Positions 27,722 through 41,092 of a DNA stretch of 64,000 nucleotides are shown here, piece by piece. The stretch's first letter is position 1, and the number at the start of each line of letters is the position of its first letter. Position numbers and translations under genes: made by a program. The notes under the pieces were generated by a model. That model was not told the DNA's origin. It searched no databases and saw only the letters and a list, made by a program, of their open reading frames with translations. This DNA comes from the human T2T-CHM13v2.0 reference genome, Homo sapiens, in the NCBI RefSeq assembly GCF_009914755.1, contig NC_060934.1; one strand, 5' to 3'.

Positions 27722-27853
27722 GGCCAGGTGCGGTGTCTGACGCCTGTAGTCCCAGCACTTTGGGAGGCCAAGGCGGTAGGATCACTCGAGCCCAGGAGTT
27801 CAAGACCGGCCTGGGCAACATAGTAAAACCCTGCCTCTAAAAAAAATAAATAA
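27722..27853 (+). mobile_element. FLAM_C-like monomer
   Basis: gagcccaggagttcaagacc then A tail; TSD atttagtaatt. Confidence 0.88.
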
Positions 27854-28124
27854 ATTTAGTAATTAAGATGATATAGTGGAAGAACTAGCTGTGAACACTG
27901 AATCTCTTTAGATAAAGGACTAAGGATAAACATAATGGCAGTTGTGGTTAGGGCCATAATGAAAACCTTATAAACCTTGACAACATAAAAATAGTAATAA
28001 AACTGCAAAACTAGAAGGAGGAGGGAAAAATTGTAGGAGAAAGTATGAATGCTAATTTTCTAATCTTTTGTAGCAAGGAGTCAACAGAATCTGTTAAAAT
28101 CAAAATACATGATTTAAAAATTAT

Positions 28125-28770
28125 AATGGGTTGTTAGTTTACTTACTGAGTTTTGAGAAGTCTTTATATAACTCGGATACCCATTATCAGATACGTGCTT
28201 TGCAAATATTTTCTCTGGGTCTGTGGCTTGTCTTTTTTTCCTCTCAACAATGTATTTTGAAGAGCAGATGCTTTAAATTTGTGAGGAAGTCCAATTTATC
28301 ATTGCAGTATCCCCAAGTTGGAAAGAACCCAAATATCCATCAACAGGTAATGATAAACAAATTGTGGTACATAGGTACAATGAAATATTATATGGTAATT
28401 AAAAGGAATAAACTACTGATGCATGCAACAACACATCAAATAATCTCAAAATAATTATCTGAGTGAAATAAGCCACACAAAATGAGTGTGTATTATATGA
28501 TTCTATTTATAGAAAACCCTTAACAAATTCAAAATAATCAATAGTTTATAGAGAAAGAAAGCACATCTGTTTGGCGAAAGGTGGCAGGGAAGGGTAAAAG
28601 GAATCTGCAAAAGTGTACGAGGAAACTTTTGGTAGTGAAGGTGTGTTCACTCTCTCGAGTATGGAGATGGTTTCATGGCACGTACAAAGACAAAACTTAC
28701 CACCTTCAATGCTTGGAGTTTGTGCAGTTTATAATTCGTCAAGTACAGCTCCAGAAAGCTGTTATAAAAC
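28125..28770. mobile_element. L1M(D/E) relics: minus-strand piece to about 28300, then a plus-strand 3' piece
   Basis: ttatcagatacgtgctttgcaaatattttctc (minus); cccaaatatccatcaacagg...aaattgtggtacat (plus). Confidence 0.7.
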
Positions 28771-28823
28771 AGAATAAGTCTATTTACTAGTCTGTGTTTT
28801 TATTAACTTTAGGGGGATTTTCC

Positions 28824-29122
28824 TTTTTTTTTTTTTTTTTTTTGTAGACAGAGTTTTACTCTTGTTGCCCAGGCTGGAGTGAAGTGGTGCAATCTTGGCT
28901 TACTGCAACTCCGCCTCACAGGAGTGATTCTCCTGCCTCAGCTTCCTGAGTAACTGGGATTACAGGTGCCCACCACCACACCCAGCTAATTTTTGTATTT
29001 TTAGTAGAGATGGGGTTTCACCATGTTGGCCAGGCTAGTTTCGAAATCCTGACCTCAGGTGGTCCACCTGCCTCAGCCTCCCAAAGTGTTGGGATTAGAG
29101 GCGTGACCGCCTGCACCCAGCT
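28824..29122 (-). mobile_element. AluS
   Basis: Poly(T), cttgttgcccaggctggagtg, full dimer. Confidence 0.95.
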
Positions 29123-29477
29123 GCTTGTTTCTTACATGTGAGGGAAGCTGCGCTAGATACCAAATGCTTGGAGAGGTTGGGGATGGTGGCCAGGCAGAAG
29201 AGGAACACTTGGGGGAAGTATAAAGAACAGGGTTTATTTGCCACACAGCAGTCATTCTTGCTCCTGCCCTTTAGCTTTTTATGAAATACAAACACATCCT
29301 TACAGAGTGTGCACAGTTCCTGACTTGCTCTTACGAGGCTTTGTTGTTTCTTAATTCCAAATTATGACATGGATTGGGATTTTTTTTTCCTTACTTCCCT
29401 TGTTAAAATAGAAATAAAACAACCATTAGTAATTTTCAGATGGTTCCATTCTGAAAAATTTATCAGTAGACAGTTGA

Positions 29478-29845
29478 ATTTTTTTGAGACACGGTTTTGT
29501 CATGTTGGCCAGGTTGGTCTTGAACTCCTGGCATCAGGTGATCTACCTGCCTCGGCCTACCAAAGTGCTGGTATTACAGGCATGAGCCACTGCATGTGAC
29601 CTTTTTTTCTTTTTTTTTTTTTTTTTTGAGATAAGGTCTCACTCTGTCGCCCAGGCTGGAGTGCACTGGTGCAGGGAATACGGGGGTACACCACCATGCC
29701 AGGCTAATTAGAAAGAAATTTTTTTTTGTAGAGACAAAGTCTTACTACATTGTCCAGGCTGGTGTCAAACTCCTGGGCTCAAGCAATCCGCCTGCCGCAG
29801 CCTCCCAAAGTATTGGAATTACAGGTATAAGCCACTGCGCCCAGC
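29478..29845 (-). mobile_element. Alu left-arm fragment followed by an internally deleted AluJ
   Basis: Second element jumps from gtgcactggtgca to gggaatacggg. Confidence 0.88.
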
Positions 29846-29859
29846 ATGAAGTACTTTTT

Positions 29860-30062
29860 ACATGTATATATGTGTGTGTATATGTATTATGTAAGTAATA
29901 TATATCACATGAGCATGTATAAAATATATATACATTATATGTAACATACATTTAAATGTATATACATATGTATATTAAATATATTTTATGTGTGTTTGTG
30001 TATGTATTTAATATGTACTACATATCTTAAACATGTATACATATTTATGTATTTGTGTACAT
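29860..30062. repeat. TA/TG-rich low-complexity tract
   Basis: Degenerate tatatg/tacata repeats. Confidence 0.9.
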
Positions 30063-30834
30063 AAACAAGGTTTGAAACAATGTTCAATGTGAATGATAGT
30101 AATTAGTGGTGAACTGACTTTTTTAAGACTCTATTTTGAGCTCTGTATTGCTTGAGTTTGTTGATTTGAAGCATACTGCATTTTTGGTAAACAAATAGTT
30201 ATTAGTTACTATGAAGAAGGTGAGTGGCAGGAAGTCAACTGAACAGGCGGAAGAGCATTTCCGGAACTGGGAATTCTCATGGGAATAGTCTGAAGTGGGA
30301 GGGGCTTGGTGTGAAACAAACGAACAAGGAAAAAAACACACACAAAAAAACCCAACAGTGGAACATGAGGGAGTGTTCAGAGATGAGGGGAGGGCAGAGA
30401 GAGATCCTAATTAGATAGGACCTTGTAGGCTACCTGAAGCATTTAGGACTTCATCCAAGCTTGAAGCAGGGAAATGTCCTATCATGAGAAGATCACTGTG
30501 TTTAAAGTCTAGAGAGGTGACTGCTGTTTTTTTTAAAGGTATAGTCATAGGAAAATTATCAGTTTTGGTAAACCTGAGAGAACAACAATCCAGAATATAT
30601 TGGGGTTTCCACTAAAATGAGGTGTGTTCTTCAGTCCCAGTGGATGCCACTCGGCAGTCAGTATTTTCGCCCAGGCTGGTATCTGTGCCTTTGAAGGGGA
30701 GTCTCGCCATTGCTTTGGGTCCTGTCACCCTCAGAAGATGATATAGCTGTAATCACACATATATATTCCCGTACAACATGGAGATCAAGCTTTGATCAGT
30801 TACGAAAGGAGAGTTCCTCATTTAAGATAGGCAG

Positions 30835-31395
30835 ACAGACAGAGAGAGAGAGAGAGAGAGAAAGGCGGGGGTGGGGAAAGAGGTAGAGAGGGAAGTGGAG
30901 CATGGGGAAGGAGGCAAAGAGGGAGGTGAATAGTGGCCTGGGGAGGGAGGCAGAAAGTGGGAGGTGACGGGGTACACAGAGGCAGAGCGAGAGGGAGGGA
31001 GGCAGAGAGGGAAAGAGTGAGGGAGGAAGCAGAGATAAAGGGGGAGAGGCAAAGTGAGGTGGAGTGGGAGGAAGAGAGACAAACAGAGGGAAAGAGTGAG
31101 GGAGGAGGCAGAGAAAGGGGGAGAGGCAGAGAGAGAGAGGTGGAGTGAGGGGAGAGAGACACACAGAGGGAAAGAATGGGGAGGAGACAACGGGGGAGAG
31201 GTAGAGAGGTGAAGTGAGGGGAAGAGAGACACACAGAAGGAGAGAGAAGAGGGAGGGAGAGGAGGGGAAGAAAGAAATGGAGAGACAAAGAATTGCAGAA
31301 CCAAGCACAGCTGAATGGAGTTCATACGAAACTGAAAGCAGACAAGAATAGAGAGGGAAAGAAGAGAGGAAAGGAGGGTGGAAGAAGAAATAAAA
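30835..31395. repeat. GA-rich polypurine tract containing a degenerate 70-80 bp tandem unit
   Basis: agagggaaaga recurs at 31006, 31085 and 31165, with a variant at 31235. Confidence 0.92.
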
Positions 31396-31961
31396 TGAAG
31401 CAAGAAGGGTCAACAGCAGCAGACCTGGGTGAATTCCTCCAGGCCCCAGCCTTGCTGTAATTATTTAGCTCAGTGAGTTTAGGCACCAGCGCCAGCCCCC
31501 CGAGGGCTCGTCTGAGACCCTTCACTGTGACCAATTAGTTTCACTGCATCCCCTGATCTGCCTCGGTCATTTTTCATCACCTCGGGTCGTGGGCTTCAGG
31601 TTTTCACACCTCAGGTTATTTTTCTATGAAATGGGAGCAGTGATATATTTTGACCTCATGGGACTGCTTTTTAAAAATGTGCATAATTTACTTGAAGCAA
31701 GAATGACAATATTTAAAAAAGAATTCTCAATTCAGAGTGAATTTTTTTGCCTTTTCTAATTTGTCAATAAACAAAAATTAACTAAGGCTCCACTTTTGTG
31801 TTCAAAAAAGCCCAGTTCCAAGTTCAAAGCTGTGGAGGAGACAAAGTAGATATTGAAAAGCATCCCTTTTCATCAAAATTCACAACTTCTCGTCTTCAAA
31901 TGACAATGTTAAGAAAATAAAGAGGCAAGCCACAGATTGGAGAATCATAATACATATATCC

Positions 31962-32303
31962 TTTTTTTGTTTGTTTGTTTTTGTTGTTGTTGTTGAAAAA
32001 GAGTCTCACTGTGTTGCCCAGGCTGGAGTGCAGTGGCACAATCTTGACTCACTGCAACCTCCATCTCCCAGGTTCAAGAGATTCTCTTGCTTCAGCCCCT
32101 TGAGTAGCTGGGACTACAGGCACGAGCCATAGAGCCCAGCTAATTTTTTTTCCTTTTTTTTTTTTTTTTTTTTTGTATTTTTAGTAGAGACAGGGTTTCA
32201 CGATGTTGGCCATGTTGGTCTCAAACTCCTGACTTCAAGTGGTCCGCCAGCCTCGGCCTCCCAAACTGCTGGGATTACAGGTGTGAGCCACCACACCCAG
32301 CCT
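31962..32303 (-). mobile_element. AluS
   Basis: Full dimer; TSD ataatacatatatcc. Confidence 0.96.
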
Positions 32304-32651
32304 ATAATACATATATCCAGCAAAGGACTACATCTAAAAAATAAAAAGAATTATTGCAATTCAACGATAAGACAACCTGATTTTTTTTAATGAGAAATGA
32401 TATGAATCAATATTCACATGCCTGAGCACATGGAAAGAAGCTTAACATCATTAGTCATTACCCACAACTGCATCCTTCTACAGACCCACTACAATGGCCG
32501 AAAGTGAAAAGATTGCCAACAGCAAGTGTTAGCAAGTGTAAGGAACAAGTTGAAGTCTCATACACTGCTCATGAGGATATAAAATTGTTCAACCCCTCTT
32601 GAAAACAGTTTGATAGTTTCTTATAAAATCATATTATCATGTGCCATACAA

Positions 32652-33265
<614 letters not shown>

Positions 33266-34696
33266 CCCTACAATACTCTTCCTAGATGCTTACCCAAGAG
33301 AAATAAATATGTCCACAACAAAGGTTTATTTATGAATAGATAAAGCAGCTTCACTGATAATGGCCCCAAACTGGAAACAAAAATGGCTGTCATCAATTGA
33401 ATGTCTACACATGTTACACTATGTTCTCACAAGCCGAAAAAAGAAAATGAACGGCTGATACAGGAAACGTGGGTGAATCTCAGAAGCATTGTGCTGAGTA
33501 AAGGAAGCAGACACAAAATTCTACACTCTTTAAGATTGATTGATATAAAACTCCAGAAAAGAGAAATCTAATCCAATTCATAGTGATATAAAATACGTTA
33601 GCATTTGCCTAGGGCTGAGGGGTAGAGGGTGTTGCCTGGGAAGGACCAAAAAGGAACTTTTGGGGTGATAAAATGTACCTTGATTGTGGTAATGGTTACA
33701 CAGGTGTGCACATTTGTCAAAACTTACGGAAATGTATACTTAAATTGGGTGTATTATTTTATTGTATATAAAGTGTACCTCAATAAAACTGATTTAATTT
33801 TCTAAAAAAAATAAAAGCTTACATCAAGGGGTAGCAAGACTAAGAATCATTGCATCCTTAGGGCATTTTATTCCAAATTATATCAATTTGAGGAGGTGGA
33901 GAATTTTCTAGTAGGGGATCTTAAAGTCTGTTCTAATATTAACATACTTTCTATATTAATGTTACTATCAATCATATCTCAATCTATAAAGTGACAAAGA
34001 TGCTAAGTAAATCAAGCTGCATACAAAGTCCCTCTAGTGACATCTTGACTATCCTTTATAATGTCATCTGCCTTCAAACAAATCAGATTTTGTCCTAAGA
34101 GGTACTATTCATAATATTGGTGCCATCGGTTTTACATTTATTGTGTGTACTGGCTAATAGCAAGGTTTTTTTAAGCTTAAGAGGCTCAAGTGACATTTGA
34201 AAAATATCTGAGATGAAGAATGTAGTAGATGAATAATTTCCTTAATCAGTGTAATTGCCAAGAAATTGATTATCACAGTTTATAACTGGTTCGTAGGAAT
34301 ATTTTTGAAGGCCTTGGACTACTGTCAAATTAAATGTGTTACCAATGATCATTTATATTATAAAAAAGAAGAGAATAATCAAAAGCTACTTTTTCATATC
34401 CCTTCTGCTCAAATTCCTTCCAATTACTGTCACTCATTCTTTTGTGGAATTTATTGCCATTACCTTTTCATGGCACACTTGAGCTCTGATGTACCCATAA
34501 GAGCAAGAATTGTTGCACAAATGCAAAATGCTCTGATTATAGCAGAATAACGTAGACTTTGCTTACGCAAGAATGACAACATTTCCTTGCTGCCTTAATC
34601 TTTGCAAAATATTCCTTGTCTGGTTCATCCTAGATGTGCAAGGCTTATAATTCTGTCAACTAACACCTGTGGAAAGGTCTCCTTTGGTTGTTTATT

Positions 34697-34995
34697 TCTT
34701 GTTTTTTGTTTTGTTTTGTTTTTGAGATGGAGTCTCACTCTACGGCCCAGGTTGTGGAGCAGTGGTGCAATCTCAGCTCACTGAAACCTCTGCCTCCCAG
34801 CAATTCTCTGACTCAGCCTCCTGAGTAGCTGGGATTACAGGCACCTGCCACCATGCCCGGCTAATTTTTATATTTTGAGTAGAGACGGGGTTTCACCATG
34901 TTGGCCAGGCTGGTCTTGAACTCCTGACCTTGTGATCCACCCAGCTCGGCCTCCCAAAGTGCTGGGATTACAGGCGTGATCCACCATGCCTGGCC
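34697..34995 (-). mobile_element. AluS
   Basis: Dimer with (TTTTG)n tail; TSD ctcctttg. Confidence 0.94.
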
Positions 34996-35259
34996 TCCTT
35001 TGCTCTTAAGGTAAATCTAGTTGCAGGGGAATCTAGGCATCTCACTTTCCACTTTGTTTTTATTTGTCATTATTAGGGAAACTAAATGATAAGGATGATT
35101 TAAAAGTCTTCTAGAGTTACCAATGCCAATTGCCTGACTGATGTGGACAGTGGGATTTTTTGGTCTGACATCTACCTTCTGGCATCTCATTTTGGATCAT
35201 CTTCAGTAATAGGTTTCATTCTTGCTTGAGCCATACCCGTTGCACCCTTAGAAGGAAAC

Positions 35260-35465
35260 CACCCAACAAGCGTCTATTGCATGCTAGGCACTGTAGAACG
35301 AGTTTTAATTCTCCAAACCTCCCTACAAGGTAGCAATTATTGTTGTCATTTCCATTTTTGCAGAAAAGAAAACTGAAACTAAGAGAGGTCACGTCATTTC
35401 CCCAAGGACACACAGCTAATGATTAAAAGAGGTAGGAGTCAAATGTAATCTGTCTGACTTCACAG
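35260..35465 (-). mobile_element. MIR
   Basis: aaactgaaactaagagaggtcacgtcatttccccaaggacacacagcta. Confidence 0.75.
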
Positions 35466-35610
35466 TCACCAAGGTATACTACTTTTCTTATTGCAAACCT
35501 TGGTGCCTACTTATGCAGACATCAAAGACAGTCCAACTCTGTTCAATGGAAGAGAGATTTTGCACAGAGAATAAGGATAGACTCAACCCAAAACTAAAAG
35601 TCAATCTGGT

Positions 35611-35937
35611 AGAGAGTAGAAAGATAGTTACCAGAGGCTGGGAAGGGTAGCATGGGGTAGGGAGAAGTGGGGATGGTTAACAGCTACAAATAAACCCTGA
35701 AGTAATTAATAATACCTAGTATTTGATAGCACAGCAGGGAGACTATAGTCAAAATAATTTAATTGTGCATTTAAAAATAACTAAGAGTGTAATTGGATTA
35801 TTTATAACACAAAGGATAAATGTTTGTGGGGATGGGAACCCCATCTTCCATGGTGTGATTATTAAACATTGCATGCCTGGATCAAAAGATCTCATGTACC
35901 CCATAAATATATACACCTATGTACTCACCATTTTTTT
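35611..35937 (+). mobile_element. 5'-truncated L1MA 3' end
   Basis: gttaccagaggctgggaagggtag...ctcatgtaccccataaatatatacac; TSD aaaagtcaa..tggta. Confidence 0.85.
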
Positions 35938-36161
35938 AAAAAGTCAACTTGGTATATAATTTTGACCTTATACTGCAAGCAAATTAAAATAAGAATAGTA
36001 GTTACACATGTGAATCCTTTACTAAAACTCTACTAATTTTCAACAAGTTTGATCCAAATAAATTCATTTTTAAGAGCTAATCAGAAAATATTTGGAGGGC
36101 AGATAGATAGTATCTGTATCTATTAAATGTGTAGATTTACACATTTACACAGTAGATTACA

Positions 36162-36380
36162 GACCACTAGGCACCTGTAATCCCAGCTGCTCAGGAGGCT
36201 GAGGCAGGAGAATCGCTTGAACCCAGGAGGCGGTGGTTTTAGTGAAGCGAGATCGCACCACTGCACTCCAGCCTGGGTGACACAGCGAGACTCTGTCTCC
36301 AAAAAAAAAAACAAAAAAACAAAAAAACCACTAGGCAATTGGAGATGAAGACCAGAGTTTTAAGATAATCATTCCACATT
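36162..36380 (+). repeat. Duplicated block: Alu right arm with its TSD and about 45 bp of 3' flank (copy of 38870-39092)
   Basis: Shared unique ends gaccactaggca...attggagatgaagaccagagttttaagataatcattccacatt. Confidence 0.95.
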
Positions 36381-36901
36381 AATTCCTATTAATTACAAAA
36401 TTTAGATTGTACATTTTTGATTCAGTATTTCCACTTCTCAAATCTGTCTTACAGTAAAACTTGCTCAAGTATTGAAATACATGTGTACAGAAACATTCTC
36501 GGCAAAAGCGATTGTCAGAGCAAAAACAAAGAATCCAACAAGCCATAATTGGAGATTGGTTAAGAATCTTTTGCTACATTTATTCAATGGTATTACAATG
36601 TAAATTTAAAAGAAAGAGATAGAGTTATACCATGTAGGAAGCTATCCAAAATATATTATGTAGAAATGTATATGATGCATAACAATATGTATGCTATTTT
36701 TGTAAAAATAAAAAGATATATTTGCATATGCATAGAAAAACCAGGAAAGATACAGTTTAATTATTAACAGGGGTTATCTGTATGAAAATATTGATGAGAT
36801 AAATAAAAGGAGGGAGGATAATATTTTATTTGTTATCTTAAGTACTCTCAGATGTCTGCAATAAAAATGTGTGTGTGTGTGTTTTAAATAAAAGCAAAGT
36901 A

Positions 36902-37520
<619 letters not shown>

Positions 37521-37604
37521 ATGTAAAGTATTTGAATGTATAGTGCTCTTTACTTTTTACAGTATATTCAGGTATATGTAGTCATTGTTTAATTTTCATT
37601 CTAT

Positions 37605-37765
37605 GTTTTTTATTTCAAAAGCTGTAAGGGTATAAGTGGTTTTTGGTTCCATGATGAATTGTAGAGTGGTGAAGTCTGAGATTTTAGTGTACCCGTCACT
37701 CAAGTCATATACGTTGTACCCAATATGTAGATTTTTTATCCTTCCTACTCCTCCTACCCTCCCTG
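37605..37765 (-). mobile_element. L1PB 3' terminal fragment
   Basis: gtggtgaagtctgagattttagtgtacccgtcac. Confidence 0.75.
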
Positions 37766-38147
37766 TATACTCATTTTTAAAAACTGAATGAATAAATCAA
37801 ATTATTAACAGTGATTATCCCTGGACAGTGAGACCAAGATTTATTTTTAATTTTGTGCTGTATGTTTTATATTTAAAAGTTTTCCCTCATGAATGTGGAT
37901 TGATTTTAGTCATCATAAACTGTATGAGTCCCTGGGGAGAAACATTCTCCTTTCTGGAACTTGGCTCTATCAACATCCCAAATAGACTGAGAGAGTAGGA
38001 TGATCCTTTACTTTTGTTGGGCAAAACAACATATTTACAACTTAAAATACTTGGTTCTACCAAACAAACAGAGTGTTTTGGTTTTCTGAACATACGTAGG
38101 CATGTTCTTGTGTCCCGAATGTCTTGGAAATATCAGTTCCCAAGGGC

Positions 38148-38336
38148 TGTATCAGTTGTCCCGTAACAGTTGTTAAGCTCTTGACTGCAAGTAACAGAAG
38201 TTCCAAAAGAATGTGGCTTAAATGATAATACTATCTCATATTAGAAAAACATCTCAAGATGGTTCTAGAGTTGGTTAATTCAGTGACTCAGTGTCATCAT
38301 GAGAGACCCAGAATTTGTGTGTCTTTCAACCCTGAT
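38148..38336. repeat. Duplicate of an old LTR fragment (LTR33-like); partner at 39922-40093
   Basis: ttgactgcaagtaacagaagttccaa...tgtctttcaaccctgat present in both. Confidence 0.85.
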
Positions 38337-38746
38337 TTTCTTGGGAATATACTAAAACCAATCCATTAACAAGGACTAATCCACATGAGTGAATAGCAGA
38401 AAATACGGTTACATAGGAGAATTAGGACAGGACTGGAAATACAAATGTATTTAGATATAAAAAGAAATAGGTCACTGTCCTGATGAGTGTGTGTAAGGGA
38501 GTTGGCTTCCCTGCACTGTAAGGATTGATTTCATGGGGGACAGATTGGATTCAGGGAAACAAATTGGGAAGATATAACAGTGTCCTTGGCAGCTAGGGGA
38601 CTGAATTAGGTGACGATAAGGGGAACAGAAGGGAGTGGTAATAGATTAGATGAATTTTATAGGGAACATGGACAGAACCTGGCTAGATATGGAGGGTGAA
38701 AGATAGGAATAATTAGAAGATAAAGTTTTTGATCTTGGTGGCCTCA

Positions 38747-39092
<346 letters not shown>

Positions 39093-40314
39093 TACCAGTC
39101 CCAAATGTGGAGATACGACTTCAGAACAGTGTGACTACTTTCTCCACAACTACAACTTGCACAAAGTACAAAGGTCATAAACTCACAAACTTTAAAAAAA
39201 AATCTATGTGGTTCAGTCCACAGGTACTACATGTTTCCAATCCTATTAATTTCTCATTTAGCCATTCCCTCCTGAAGAGGATATAGGATATGGGCTGAGA
39301 ACAGAAGATTATTTCTCTGCAGAGTTCATTTTATGTTTTCAGATACCATCATCATCCAGGAAGATTTATTTATTGACAAATTAAAGTTGAGCTATATCGG
39401 GTGTTGCACAGAGATAACAGCACAGATATGGTCCCTGGCTTTGAGACTTTTACTTATACAAATGAGTAAAGTATTCACAGGCAGAAAAAACAAAATTCTA
39501 AACAATGGACAAGTAGGAAGTATGGACATCGTGTACAGGTTGAAAGTATTGCAGAGGAGAAGGAAGAGAGAATATTAGAGAATTATAGGGAACATTCCAT
39601 AATTATACAAAATGGTAAAAGAGGCAGTGCAGTGTGAAAGTGAGGTGGTCACGGGACTCCTGCCTTATCATTGAATCACTGAACTACTGCATGGTCTTCA
39701 GCAAATCAGTTAAATTCATGGAGTTTTCATCTCTCCATCTGTCAAACACCACTGACATCTGTTTGAGGAGAAATTTACCTGTTTGCTTATTCAACAAATG
39801 CTGATTGAATTTTACCTCCATATGATGGTCCCTTTGGTTGGATCTAGAAATGTAAAAATTAGCATAACATAACCCTTACCTTTGGAGAAAGTTAGTAAAA
39901 AAACATTTACTAGGAGGGAAGTGTATCAGTTGGTATGCTTTTGACTGCAAGTAACAGAAGTTCCAACAAAATGTGGCTTAAATAATATCTTGCATTTAAA
40001 AAGTCTCAAGATATAGAGGGTTCTAGAGTTGGTTGATTCAGTGGCCCAATGTCATCATGAGAGACTCAGATTTTTCTGTCTTTCAACCCTGATGGGTTCA
40101 GTATGTTGGCTTCAGTCTTCACACTTGTGGATAAAAATGGCTGCCACAGCTCCAGCCATCAAATCCTGATGCAACTGAAGATTGAAACTGTGAGGATTAA
40201 CAGAAGTGATGCATATACAATACATAGGCCTTGGCACCTAGAAATTGCTCAATGGATTTTAGCTTTCATTTACTTTTGATATTATGTGATACTATCTTGC
40301 TCTAAAGAAATTTC

Positions 40315-41092
40315 TTATATTGGATTGCTAGAGCTTTCATAACAAAGTGTTATGGTTTGGCTGTGTCCCCACCCAAATCTCATCTTGAATTGTAGTTCCC
40401 ATAATCCCTACATGTTGTGGGAGGGGCCAGGTGGACATAATTTAATCATGAAGGCTGTTACTCATGCTGTTCCCATGAGATCAGATGGTTTTACAAGAGC
40501 CTATTCCCCGTTTGCTCAGCACTTCTTGCTGCCACCATGTGAAGAAGGATGTGTTTGCTTTTGTTTTTGCCATGATTGTAAGTTTCCTGAGGCCTCTCCA
40601 GCCCTGCAGAACTGAGTCAATTAAACCTCTTTCCTTTGTAAATTACTCAATCTCGGGTATGTCATTATTAGCAGAGTGAGAACAGATTAATACAAAAGTC
40701 TCAAAAACTGAGTGGCTTAAGCAACATAAATTTATTGTCTCATAGTTCTGGAGGCTATAAGTCTGATATCAAGATGATAGCAGGGTTGGTTCCTTCTGAG
40801 GGCTGAGAAGGAGGGATCCATCTTAACCTCTCTCTTTGGCTTTAGATTCATCTTCTCCCTGTGTCTCTTCCCATTATCTTCTCTCTTTGTATGTCTCTCT
40901 TTTTAATAACATTAAAAGAAATAAGATCATCAGTCATATTGGATCAGTTGCTCACCCTATTCCAGTATGACTTTATCTTAACTAAATATATCTGCAGTGA
41001 CTCTGTTTCCAAATAAGGTCACACTATAAGGTTCCATTGCTGAGGACTTCAACATACGAATTTTTGGGGAGGTATAATTCACCCTAAGAGCA
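40315..41092 (-). mobile_element. MLT1C-like LTR interrupted by THE1
   Basis: gagtggcttaagcaacataaatttattgtctcatagttctggaggct...tttccaaataaggtcaca. Confidence 0.82.
40348..40694 (+). mobile_element. THE1B/C-like solo LTR
   Basis: atggtttggctgtgtccccacccaaatctcatcttgaattgtagttcccataatccc...attaataca. Confidence 0.9.

Noticed and set aside
30796-31413. Three long overlapping minus-strand ORFs (156-205 aa)
   Set aside because: Translation of a CT-rich low-complexity strand that lacks stop codons; L/S/P composition only
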